Below are positions 26,487-37,879 of a DNA stretch of 64,000 nt, piece by piece. Under the pieces are notes generated by a model, which saw nothing but the letters and a program-made list of their open reading frames with translations, did no database searches and was not told where the DNA came from. Position numbers and translations under genes: made by a program. Source of the DNA: Octopus bimaculoides. Taxonomy: Eukaryota. The stretch lies in assembly GCF_001194135.2 (NCBI RefSeq), contig NC_069004.1, forward strand, positions 13,019,278 through 13,083,277, given 5' to 3'. How positions within the stretch are numbered: the stretch's first letter is position 1; every line of letters begins with the position of its first letter.

Positions 26487-28056
26487 ATAAATATCTGTTT
26501 TCCATGCTGGCATGGGTTGAACGGTTTGAGAGGAGCCAGCCAGCTGAAGAACTGCCCAGGCTCTATTTGCCTGTTTTGGCTTGGTTCTTGGATGCCCTTC
26601 CTAATGCCAAACACTTCATTTCATGTTGCTCCAGTCCACTCTGCTCATTAAAATGAGTAATCCTGTGATGGACTGGCNNNNNNNNNNNNNNNNNNNNNNN
26701 NNNNNNNNNNGGGGGGGGGGGGTGAGGGAGGAGATATATGCACCAAAGAAACCAGGAAACTGGTCCTGAGTCTATATAACTTGGAAACGACCTTTATTAT
26801 TATTATTATTACTATTATTATTATTATCATTATGATATATATATATATATATATATACAATACATATGAGAAGGGATGACCACAAAGTGGACATCCTTTA
26901 TGCTAGAGATAGACCATCTACGGTCAAACCACTGGTTTTAAATTGGTATTAATTAAATTAATATCCAATTTATCACCCTTATTATCTAAATTTATATATA
27001 TATATATATATATATATAACGACTGCATCATCCTTTTGAAGTCCAATTTTCCATGTTTGCATAGGTTGGACAGAGTTTACTGAAGCAGATTTTCTATGGT
27101 TGGACATCCTACCTGTTATAAGCCCTCACCTATTCCCAAGCAAAGCAATATTTCCTCATGGCAAAGTATGTTCTTGCAGAATATCGGAAATGAATGACAC
27201 CAGTTTGTAAGACAGTGACAATCATTTACAACTATCATTTGATATCAAGACAAGGACACACACACACACACAAATATGGTGGGTTCAATTCAGTTTCTGT
27301 CAACCAAATTTACTCACAAGACTTTGGTTGGCAAGGACTATAGTAGAAGACACTTACCCAAGGTGCTATACAGTAGGACTGAACCCAACATCTCATGCCT
27401 GTACTTAATGTATATATCATATATATNNNNNNNNNNNNNNNNNNNNNNNNNNNNNNNATATATATATATATATATATAATATATAGGTGCAGGTGTGGCT
27501 GTGTGGTAAGAAGCTTCCTTTCCAACCACATGGTTCCGAGTTCAGACACACTGTGTGACACTTTGGGCATGTGTTTTCTCAGGCTGATTGATGCCTTGTA
27601 AGTGGATTTGACAGACTAGACAGAAACTGAAAAGAAGTCTATCGTGTGTATGTGTGTGTGTGTGTCCCACCACTGCTTGGCAACTAGTGATGGTGTGTTC
27701 ATGTCCCTGTAACATTAGCGGTTTGGGAAAAGAGACCAATAGAATAAAGTACAAGGCTTAAAAAAACAAAAGTACTAAGGGTGATTTATTTAGCTAAAAA
27801 CCTTTCAAGGCAGTGCCCCGGCATGGTCACAGTCTAATGACTGAAACAGGTAAAAAAATAAAAGATATACATATATAAAATGTCTTTTACTTTTCAACTG
27901 CTTCGACAGCAAGTCTGCAGAAAATGTTTGGGCATCATTGTCAGTGCAAGATACAGAAGTAATTACAGGTACTAAATGTATACACTAAGTTCTATGAGAT
28001 TGTCTGCAGTAGAATATTGAGCACTTGGGTGTCTTATACAATACAAGCAGACATAG

Positions 28057-29313
28057 CAGGCTGTTTGGGTTAAATTTGATGATTTTTTAAATGTCTCCTT
28101 TTTTTCTGGAACAGCTTGATACATTGGTGAGCAGTCAATGGTGTTGGGGGGGGCATGAGAAAAAGTTGGCTGATATGGAGGACTGGAAGCCATATGAATA
28201 TTGAAAAAGGTTTGCCTGTATCAAGATGATTCATGCTGGGTGTCTAAATGCTGACATCATTAAGGCTACTCCATGCTCGTGAACATTGTCAAGGCTGTAA
28301 AACATGACATGAACAGCTGCAATGAAGACTATGGAAACCATGGCCTGCAGGTAGGGATATAGCAGGGATTTTGACTCTGTGTCTTGCATGCCTGGATTCA
28401 TCCAACAACCACAGGATAAGGTGATGGAAGATCTGAGCAAGGGATTCTGGGCTTTGGTGAGGGAGATGAGTGCTGGAGTCGCTACCATGAAGATGGCCCT
28501 GAACGAGGACTTTTACTACCACTTGTACAAGAGGTACAAGGGAAAAATTCTGACGATCAAGATCAAGGAGACCCACTTGACAGATACAAAGAAGTTCCTG
28601 AACAAGCTGAGCCATCCTGTTGAGTCAGAGATGATCTAGTTCTTCTCAGATGAAAAGAACTTTTGTCTGGAACATTTGCACAACATCCAGAACAACAGGT
28701 GACGTACCAATCATGAAAACCAAGTTCCCCCAGACTGTGGTGGTCATTGGCTGTTTCCAGTGAGGATGATGCCATGCTACCCTACATCTTTGAACAGAGT
28801 CTAAGGCTCAATTCAGACAGCTACATGAAGCTACTGGAGACTGTGGTCAAACTCTGGCTGGTGAAGGTTGCTGCTGGAAAACCATATGTGTGGCAGCAGG
28901 ATTTGGTTCTTTGTCATACTGCCAGAAAGAGTGAGAAGTGGTTGCTAGAGTATTTCTATGACTTTGCCAGCCCCAATTTCTAACCACCTAATTCCTCCAT
29001 TTGTAATCCCATGAAATATTGTGTGGGACACCAATCCGCTCAGTCTGCAACACCAAGGCTGAGCTGGTGGCCAAGATCAAGGTGGTGTTTGAAGATCTTC
29101 CCAAGGGCACAGTGAGGAATGCATGTACTAGCTTCCAGAGCCGTCTTGAGGGCCATGGTTGAAGGTGAGGATGGCTACTTTGAGGAAACTTATTTCCCAG
29201 CCATAATCTAGTTGATATTTTTTGATTTCTTAAAAGTACTTTTATTTTTGGATGGAATATTGATTTTTTTCTTCCTTTTGTTCAACTGTCAAATTTAGCC
29301 CAAACATCCTCTG
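28057..29313 (+). mobile_element. Tc1/mariner superfamily (maT/DD37D-like) relic, copy 1
   Basis: Inverted termini (TGTTTGGG[T/C]TAAATTTGA). Fragments VSSEDDAMLPYIFE, PYVWQQD, F*PPNS..CNP; many stops. Confidence 0.8.
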
Positions 29314-29337
29314 TGTGTGTGTGTGTGTGTGTGTGTG

Positions 29338-29371
<34 letters not shown>

Positions 29372-29443
29372 TAGAGATCCACCCACACACATATACATGC
29401 TGTTGATGATTTCTTTTCCTTCTTTGGACATTTCCCTTTTTCC

Positions 29444-29477
29444 TTTCTGACGAAGATCTATGCTCAAAACGTCAAAA
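29444..29477 (+). ncRNA. Minimal (PLE-type) hammerhead ribozyme relic
   Basis: TTT-CTGACGA-A-GATC tat GCTC-AAAA-CGTC-AAA; a related relic lies on the minus strand at ~45896-45932. Core mutated. Confidence 0.45.
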
Positions 29478-30256
29478 ACTCTCTCTTTTTACCAAGCGTC
29501 AAACTATTACATTTCTTATGCTTGTCCTCTTGTTGTTTGTTATTGTTAATTTTATTGTTTGTTTATTTGATTTGACTACACACACATACACAGAGGCACC
29601 CATACATTATGTACCTACACATTTGTGTAATTAGAGGCTAAGACCATCAATTCTAAAAATACTTAGATGCTGACCATATATGGATGCGACCCTATATAAC
29701 ATCACATAGAATAAATGCCAAGATGAATGAAAAAGCATTGTTTATAGAAGGCTTTGTAAATGGGAATTATAACCTCAATATAAATTTGTGGGCATGTTTG
29801 CAAGTGTATGCAGGTCTGTATGTGTACATGGAAGTGCATGTCTATGCATGCACTTCTGTGGTCACACACATGTGTGATTTCTTTATGTGTACATAGTTCA
29901 ATGATTAAAAAATTTGTTTTTCAATCATGAAGTTTCAGGTTCAATACCACTGTGCAGCACAAGTTTCTACCAGGGCCTCAAGTCAACCCTAGTCTTGTGA
30001 ATAAGATGACTGGGTATAATGGAGACTGTATGTGTGAAACTTTGGTAAATGAACTGAATGGACTGGTAACTGAAAAGGGGTCAGTCATGCCACATGTCAT
30101 GCAACCCTGATCTTGTCTGAGGATTAAATTAACGGGACAAATGTATGTGGAATATTCAGCCACTAACACCATAATTCAGTGAATAAGTAGTTTCACTGAT
30201 AAAACAACTGGAATAACCCCATAGAAATCAATGGGAATCCATTTACTTATATTACA

Positions 30257-30325
<69 letters not shown>

Positions 30326-30711
30326 ACATATGAAAGAGTGAGTGAGTGTGTGTGTGTGTGCGCACACATGCACATGTAATTATATTTAAAAAAAAAACAG
30401 TTATTGGAAAATCTCAACCATACATGAAACTTCATAATGTAATCTGTCTTTTTCATTGAATTAAAAAAAAAAAAAATTATTCACAGCCATCATAGTTTAT
30501 CTTTTCTTTCCACTTTCTTTCTTGTTTCTCTCATTAACTCCTTCTCCCCACCCCTGACCACCACTCTCTCTTTTTCAGTCACTATACCACAAACATTACC
30601 TTCCTCTTTCTCAAACGATCTATTTTTACCTTGTTTCATTTGTGCATCACCATCATCATCATCATTGCTTTATTATTATTATTATTGTTGTTTTATGAAA
30701 AGAAAAAAAGT

Positions 30712-33700
30712 TTAAATGTTGGTGATTTGGGGATTTGAATTATGAAAGGAGTAGCTGGTTAAATTTAGATTATCCTTCCTACTACAGGATGTCGTGTTTA
30801 AACTGTCATCAGGTTCCTCCGTCAGAAAGAAGGAAGGTATCCGCTTGGAGTGGTCGTCACCGGTTTCTATGCCGTCAGCATTGTCATCAGCCTGAAAGAC
30901 AGAATTCTCACTAGACGTGTCCTCGTTAATTGCTAGCACATCAGCAGATGTGACGCTAGAAAGAGACCTGTGACTTGAGTGGCGAAAAAAATGCTCCAGT
31001 TCCTTGTCAATGCTGCTGGCCAAACTCAGTGATGGCGCCTTAAATGTAAGTTCACTTCCGGCAGTACTCACGCGATTGAATTGGGATGATGACGGAGAGG
31101 TTGATGATGACAAACACTCTGGAGATGAGCCACTACCAAGAAGGGCATCCTTTGACTGAAAGCCATTGTTTTGGTGGCACTTACTGCTGTTACTGTTGCT
31201 CCACTGAAGAGTTTTGGGAACTTTGGGAATTGAGACAGGTATTGGTGCTACAGCATGCATTCTTGGTACTCTTGGACTTTGACGCAACTCTTCCAGTTCT
31301 TCATCAGTACGGAAACGGACAAAACCATTTTGAACAATAAGCATTGAATCAGGCTCATCCAATGCTAAGTTTTCACCTTCTTGACTCAGAGAAATTGTTA
31401 ATGGAATTATTTCATAACCAGCAGCTTTGATTTCTTTGCGCCGTGTATCTTTTGAAATTCCAATGCTACTTATGTTTTCGTCCATGTTGGTCCAGCTGAT
31501 GTCTTTATGAGAATTCCACATGTTTTCCTTGCGACACAACCATGTGTAAGACGAACAGTAAAACCAAGGGTCGCAGCCATATTTGCTACGATGCTTAAAG
31601 GGAAGCGTGCTTATATAAGTAGTTATTATACAAAACAAGAATTCAAAGAAGCGAACAGCAGTTTGATAACCCCACCAGGGCCATGGTCTTGGAAGTTCAT
31701 TTGGGAAAATGCCCAAGAAGTACAGAGCTGAATATACTTGTAGACATGTACAAAATGTACCAATAATGGAACTAAAAAGAGCAACAGTTACACCAAGGCA
31801 GAGGGTGAGTCGTTCCTTGTATATTGTGTAGTTGTCCATGTGGATTTTGGCTTCACGGAGTTGAAGCAGGAGTTTTTGTCTTTTCTCAGCAGCAAAATGC
31901 AATTTTTTGTAAACATATATGTAACCCAAGAAAAGAAAAAGACCCCAGAGCACAAAGAAAATTTGGCAGACAAACAAAAAAGTTTTGACAGTAAGGAAGA
32001 GTCCGATGAGTATTGCAGCAGTGATGGGCAGGAGATAATGAACGACTATAATAGTAATTAATAAGGGCAAACACTGGAATTTGGATGACAAATAATAAAC
32101 TTTGGCAGTTTTAAGGAAGGCATAAAAGATTAATGCAAATGCTGATGTAAGGCAAGGAAATGCCAAGTAAAATAAGAGGAATCCTATGAGATAATGGTAT
32201 GTGTGGTCAGAGTTGTAACCATCAACCAGCAAGAAAAGAGCTCTTAGCAGACAAAATGTAAAGAGGAGCAGATTTACTGCAACAAAGTAATAGTTGTTTA
32301 GTAAGTGTATAGTATGTCGCAGTCGCAGTAAACAGATCAACAGATAAATGGCAAGAAGAGCAAACAGAGAACCAAAAGTATAAATGTGAACATGCCAAGC
32401 TGCTTTCCACTCCTGCTTGGCTACTTTCCAATCTGGGACAATTATGTAAGAGTTTTGAGGGCCCTTACTTTCTTTTACACTGACGTTTGTAGGAGAAGGG
32501 TCAGACGTTGAAGTAATCAGTGGCTTGAATATTGTTGCGATTGTTGTTGTAAAGGTATTGGATTTGGTTTCTAATGTGCTTTTAGTCCAGTCAGCAGTGG
32601 GTGAAGCTGTTGCCTTACTTTCAACAGAGGCCCCGTTTGTGCTGACAACAAACTTGTATTTAGAACTTGGAAATGTCTGACTGAAATTAGTTGAATTAGA
32701 ACCAGTATTTGGTGTTGGTTGCAGCAGTGTGTATAACTGACTGCTGGAAACTGTATTTGGGTGAAGAGTAAAAGATTTGTATAGACTGTTAGTGGGAGAA
32801 AGAGGAGATTTAGACATAACCGTAGTTTCTTCAATGACAGGTTTTGTCAGTGGTCTTGAATTATTGCTGGAAAGTGTTTTTGTTGTTGAATCAAGTTTGA
32901 GGGTCTTTGAGGATAAATTTGGATTGGGGACTGTGGTTGTCTGAACTGCCAAGGAACTCTGTTTGGTGTCTAAGGTAGCCAATAAAGAATTGTTCAACAG
33001 TAGAACAATGTTTGAAGTTGACAGAGATGCAGTGCGTAGCTGATTACTTAGAAGTGATACATTCTTCTTTGACCATCGATTTGACGAGGCATCAGTTGGG
33101 GTCAAGTAAAGGGAGTTTTCAATTTTGGGTTGAGTGTTGGTATCAGTTGAGTCATTCTTCAGTTGTAAGGTTATAAATGGCGTTGGCATTTTGGTCATAA
33201 GAGGCCCTTCGCTACCAGAATGCAAAAGATGTGAAGTCAATCCAATAGGTTCAAACTTGGAACTAGTTACAGGGTGAATATTTGTGGAAGTGGTGAATGT
33301 ATTTAATGGTAAGGAATTATAAATGGGAGTCACCATTGCCATTGAAGGTTTACTTTGAGAAGCTGATGATGTTGGTTGAACAAACAAAGAAGTTGAAGCT
33401 GTTTTGTGACTGGAAGACAAAAGAATAGCTTCTGATTTTGAAGCTGTGATGGAACTCTGGGGTAATGGAACTGATGAAGAAACAATCTTTGGCAATGAAG
33501 AGAAAGATGTTGGCTGGTGTGTTTTGTAAGGAATACTTTTAGTGTCAACATCTGTAATCATTGTAGTTTTAATAAAACTGGTGGCTGATGTTGGTGTTAT
33601 CTTATCAGGAGGATTATGGACGAAGGATGCAGCTGCAGTTGGCTTTATATTCTTAGATCGAGAATTATGGATTAACGAGGTGGCTGTTGTTGGCTTTATA

Positions 33701-34473
33701 ACCTTGGATCGTGGATTATAGATTAATGAAGCAGCTGCTGTTGGCTGTATAATCTTAGAACGGGGCTTACGAACATAAGAAGCAGCAGCTATTGTTGGTC
33801 TTGTAGTCTTACGCCGCCGATTACGGCCTGAGGAAGTAGCAGCTTCTGTTTGTTTTTTTGTCTTACGGCGTGGATTATGGCTGGAGGAAGCAGCAGTTTT
33901 TGTTGGTTTAGTAATTTTAAGAGTTGGGTTGGGGAGACTGTTGTTAGTGGATAGAGTATTGTTAGAGGAAACATTTTTTTCTTTAGCAGATTTCCTTTTT
34001 GCCCTCTTATTGGCTTGAGTTCGTAAACTGTTAGCAGACCGCTTAAAACGTCCCAAATGCAACTGCAGAGAATAACCATCAATTGGTTGTCGTGTGTTGG
34101 AAACTGTATCAAAGCAGTTATATTTTATGCTTCTGATTGGTAGATTTTTGGTAGAGAATAATTTGTAAAGGATGTTTCTATATCTACATTTTAATTCTGC
34201 AGCAGATGTTTGTGAGATTTTTAACTCTTGTTTTTTAAGCCGTCCAATTTTTCTGTTGGAGCCTAAAGGTGATATCTCTAAATTGGTCCGAGTTCTCTTG
34301 ACTGGAATATGCATTAAGCCATGAGACTGAATGAATGTCTTAGAGGCAGGGACATATTTTAATAATATTGTATCGTTGGAATAACCAGCAACTGTGGGTA
34401 TGTACAATAGTAAAGATTGTAATATGCAAGCAAGAATTAACCAGGAAAGAGATATCTGCAAAATAGTTTCCAT
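30712..34473 (-). CDS. PRRT3/PRRT4-like seven-transmembrane protein with long S/T-rich ectodomain (1253 aa, single coding exon)
   Basis: Uninterrupted ORF. The track start at 34506 is TTG; the first ATG (34473, METILQISLSWLILACILQSLLLYIPTVAG) begins a signal peptide, and an in-frame TAA lies upstream at 34533-34531. Seven hydrophobic segments at ~31610-32395 start with AW.VHIY.FGSLFALLA and include LRALFLLVD.Y, FPCLTSAF and PWPWWGYQTAVRFFE, as in the PRRT3/4 family. Confidence 0.85.
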   Translation of the reverse strand: METILQISLSWLILACILQSLLLYIPTVAGYSNDTILLKYVPASKTFIQSHGLMHIPVKRTRTNLEISPLGSNRKIGRLKKQELKISQTSAAELKCRYRNILYKLFSTKNLPIRSIKYNCFDTVSNTRQPIDGYSLQLHLGRFKRSANSLRTQANKRAKRKSAKEKNVSSNNTLSTNNSLPNPTLKITKPTKTAASSSHNPRRKTKKQTEAATSSGRNRRRKTTRPTIAAASYVRKPRSKIIQPTAAASLIYNPRSKVIKPTTATSLIHNSRSKNIKPTAAASFVHNPPDKITPTSATSFIKTTMITDVDTKSIPYKTHQPTSFSSLPKIVSSSVPLPQSSITASKSEAILLSSSHKTASTSLFVQPTSSASQSKPSMAMVTPIYNSLPLNTFTTSTNIHPVTSSKFEPIGLTSHLLHSGSEGPLMTKMPTPFITLQLKNDSTDTNTQPKIENSLYLTPTDASSNRWSKKNVSLLSNQLRTASLSTSNIVLLLNNSLLATLDTKQSSLAVQTTTVPNPNLSSKTLKLDSTTKTLSSNNSRPLTKPVIEETTVMSKSPLSPTNSLYKSFTLHPNTVSSSQLYTLLQPTPNTGSNSTNFSQTFPSSKYKFVVSTNGASVESKATASPTADWTKSTLETKSNTFTTTIATIFKPLITSTSDPSPTNVSVKESKGPQNSYIIVPDWKVAKQEWKAAWHVHIYTFGSLFALLAIYLLICLLRLRHTIHLLNNYYFVAVNLLLFTFCLLRALFLLVDGYNSDHTYHYLIGFLLFYLAFPCLTSAFALIFYAFLKTAKVYYLSSKFQCLPLLITIIVVHYLLPITAAILIGLFLTVKTFLFVCQIFFVLWGLFLFLGYIYVYKKLHFAAEKRQKLLLQLREAKIHMDNYTIYKERLTLCLGVTVALFSSIIGTFCTCLQVYSALYFLGIFPNELPRPWPWWGYQTAVRFFEFLFCIITTYISTLPFKHRSKYGCDPWFYCSSYTWLCRKENMWNSHKDISWTNMDENISSIGISKDTRRKEIKAAGYEIIPLTISLSQEGENLALDEPDSMLIVQNGFVRFRTDEELEELRQSPRVPRMHAVAPIPVSIPKVPKTLQWSNSNSSKCHQNNGFQSKDALLGSGSSPECLSSSTSPSSSQFNRVSTAGSELTFKAPSLSLASSIDKELEHFFRHSSHRSLSSVTSADVLAINEDTSSENSVFQADDNADGIETGDDHSKRIPSFFLTEEPDDSLNTTSCSRKDNLNLTSYSFHNSNPQITNI

Positions 34474-34807
34474 GTTGTCGCTTCTGTAGCGTACAACATG
34501 TGCCAATGTTATCGGTGAATGTCTTTCAAATTAGAAAACAACCTTTTTAATGCATAATGCCGGTATTCTGCCTCATATATCAATATACTGAGCATATTCT
34601 TCAGTGAGTGAGAATTGGGCAGTATAATTAAAAGAATACTGAAAGATTAGGAAACAACCGTGGCAAAGAAATCAGCATCCTCATGAAAATTCCTGATACA
34701 TAGAAAGATGGAATACTCCTGGTTGACAACTGTAATAGTCTTGAAGGTAGCGCTTATAAGAAATTGGTAGTTATGGATGTTGAACTGCTTCAGATAGTAA
34801 TAGATTT

Positions 34808-34832
34808 CTGAAGAAGAAAGAAAAAAAAAAAG
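34808..34832 (-). promoter_or_regulatory. 3' splice acceptor of the PRRT-like coding exon
   Basis: Minus strand reads TTTTTTTTTTTCTTTCTTCTTCAG|AAATC (AG at 34809-34808), giving ~334 nt of 5' UTR before the ATG; implies an upstream non-coding exon. Confidence 0.7.
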
Positions 34833-35134
34833 GAAAATTAATGAGCAAATAAAACAGAATTCAAGAATTCAAACAAATCAAACAAAGTAAAATTCTGATC
34901 TTTATTGGGAAAAAAAAGACAACAAAATAACAAAAAAAAGTGGCAGCATACATTTGTAAAAAAAAGACCTTATTAAACATAACTTAGATCAAGATTATTT
35001 TCAAAATCTGGGTACAGGTGCTGTGTTGGTTAAGAAATTTGCTTGGGTTCAATCCCACTGGGAAGTGTGTTTTTTAATATAACTCCAAGCTAATCAAAGC
35101 CTTGTGGGTGGATTTGCTAGACAGAAACTGAAAA

Positions 35135-35235
35135 ACAAACATCTGCTGCAGAATTAAAATGTAGATATAGAAACATCCTTTACAAATTATTCTCTACCAA
35201 AAATCTACCAATCAGAAGCATAAAATATAACTGCT
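35135..35235. repeat. Exact 101-bp inverted copy of PRRT-like coding sequence 34113-34213
   Basis: Base-by-base comparison: 35135-35235 equals the reverse complement of 34113-34213 at 101/101 positions. Confidence 0.95.
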
Positions 35236-35890
35236 ATGTACACTGCTATGTGTACATACAGAGTCTGCCAAAAAAATGTATACACAGGAAGCTTGCTTCC
35301 CAGCCACATGATTTCAGGTTCAGGCCCACTGCATGGCACCTTGGGCATGTGCTTTCTGCTATAGCTTCAGGCTGACAGAAGCCTGGTGATTGAATTTGGT
35401 GGGCAGAAGTTACTGTCATGTGCGCACATGTGTGTGTAAGTGTTTGTACCTCCTAACTTCAGGAAAGGAAAAATCTGTATAAATATTTAACATGTATAAG
35501 TACCTCTTTCGATGTTTTATCAAATTGTGATAACACTGAATAAAAATATACAGATTTCTTCCTTTCCTTAAGTGTGTATACATTTGTTTTGGTGGACTCT
35601 GTAAATATGTGTATATATAATATATGTTCATGCCTGTGTTTGTGTGTGCCCTTGTCTAGAAACAAATGAGGTTGTTTTGTTACTTGTCTTCTGTGAAAAA
35701 CAAGTGTAGCCATGGGAAAATATGACCTTGCTTGGAAACAGGTGAGGGTTTGTGACAGGAAGGGCATCCAGCCATAAAAAAATCTACCTCATATTCCAGC
35801 ATGGAAAAGTGGACATTAAAATGATGATGGATAATGTTACATATACATTCATATTTATTCATATATACATGTTCATATGTATATATATAT

Positions 35891-36717
35891 AATACAAAGA
35901 ATATATATGCATGTATACACACATATATGTACATACTTACATCTACATGTGTATATAGATGCATATCAGGGTACAGGATGTTAGAACAATGAACTACAGA
36001 CAACGGAATGAACACATAGGAAAATAGATAGCCACTTCGAATAATTCCTTCGTCAGCTGCCTCTATTCTAACTAGATGTTTCAAAGATAAGGCAGAACAT
36101 ACTCTAGAATAGTCTCTTCCTGAGTAGTGGATTGACCTACTAAACAGAGGACTCCAAGGTGGCAAACACAAACCAAGACAGGAAAAATTGGACAGTGAAA
36201 ACAACATTAAAATGCCGTATGGCCAAACGTGAATCTGATGTAGAACGCTAACAGTTCGTCTCGCCTTCATAGTGGCTGGAGTGAAAAGAGAGTTGACCAC
36301 AGGTCACGCGTGAGCAGAGAGGATGGTAGAGGGAGGAAGTGGAATGAGGAGGAAGAGAGAGATGTGTGTGTAGCAGTGAAGTAGAAGCCAGGACAACAGA
36401 AGGAAGCGGAGCGAGAGGGGGAGATGAATAAGAAGAAAGATAGTTAGATAGATAGAGGGATAGATAGAAAGATAGAGGAAGACAGACAGATAGATAGATA
36501 GATAGATAGATAGAAAGAAAGATAGAGTCACGTCAGAATAATAAAGTACAAACTTGCAAAAAGGACGTGTGCGTTCAATGATGTAATAATACAAAGAATA
36601 TATATGCATGTATACACACATATATGTACATACATCTACATGTGTATATAGATGCATATCAGGGTACAGGACGTTAGAACAATGAACTACAGACAACGGA
36701 ATGAATACATAGGAAAA
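35891..36717. mobile_element. Putative Penelope-like remnant bounded by ~130-bp direct repeats
   Basis: 35891-36024 and 36588-36717 are near-identical direct repeats. The minus strand carries a CTGACGA..TTCGAA hammerhead-like remnant at ~36037-36057. PLE assignment is inference. Confidence 0.5.
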
Positions 36718-36985
36718 CACAGACGCACAAACCAACATATACATATATATATGTATATACAATGAGCTTCTTTTCAGTTTCCGTCTATCAACGCCACTCA
36801 CAAGGCTTTGGTCGGCCCAAGGCTATAGTAGAAGACACTTGCCCAAGGTGCCACACAGTGGGACTGAACCCAGAACCATGTGGTTGGTAAGCAAGCTACT
36901 TAACTCACAGCCACTCCTGCACACACACACACACACACGTGTGTGTGTGTGTATATGTGTGTGTGTGTATATATGTGTGTGTGTG

Positions 36986-37864
36986 TTCTGATCAATAAGT
37001 ATCCGGACTGTTGCCATAGTAGCAAAGGAAAAGCACGCAGAGTGAAGTCGCTTGGCACAGATTGACCTTGATCTCTGCTGTATATGCACACTAAGCTTCA
37101 TCATTCTACTTCACTTCCACTGTTTACAGCAGTACTTGGAAGGAAGGTGTGTAGCCTGTGATCGTCACATTGACCATGACAGAGAAAGTTGAGCAGAGAA
37201 TCTGCAACAAATTTTGCCAAAAGCTTGGTGATACCTGCTCAGTGGCCTATGCAAAGTTTTTATCATTCTTGACACAATCAAGGAGATCCTGTGCAACAGA
37301 AACCAGAGTATCTTTTTGGTCAGCTGAAAGCAGTTTTGACACAAACTTAGCAGACATGTGTCTCACCTAAATCTTTAATGGTAATGGACTGAACTGAACC
37401 ATAAATAATCTGCACACCCTCTGATAACTAACAGATGGTGATGCAAAGATTTCCCCTCACAGCTGCACATGCATCTGTGATGTTTTTCTCAGTTCTGCTG
37501 GTTGTGGGTCTCCCAGAACGTTCATCAATATCGACATTTTTGCAGCCATCTTGGAAATGTGTGAACCACTTGTACACTTGTGTGTGGCTCATACACTCCT
37601 CTCCCTACACTTTCTGCAACCTTGCATACGACTCTGAGCAGGTATCACCATGACGACTTTCTCTATCATGATCAATGCGATGATCACACGCTACACACCT
37701 TTCTTCCAAGCACTGCAGTAAAAAGCGGAAGTGAGTTAGAACATTAAAACTTAGTGCACATGCACAGCAGAAGTTGAGGTCAATCTTTACCAAGTGGCTT
37801 CACTCTGCATTCTTTAGCTTCGTTACTATGGCAACAGTCCGGATACTTAATGATCAGACGTCGT
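36986..37864. mobile_element. Non-autonomous mariner made of two 5' ends in inverted orientation
   Basis: TIRs CTGATCA[A/T]TAAGTATCCGGACTGTTGCCATAGT at both ends. The plus arm encodes MTEKVEQRICNKFCQKLGDTC; the minus arm encodes the same N-terminal region (GDTCSESYARLQKV..QVYKWF..DERSGRPTTS). Confidence 0.8.
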
Positions 37865-37879
37865 ATGGATATGTATATG

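Noticed and set aside
34474-34506. ORF-track N-terminal extension MAHVVRYRSDN
   Set aside because: Starts at TTG; the ATG at 34473 directly begins a signal peptide.
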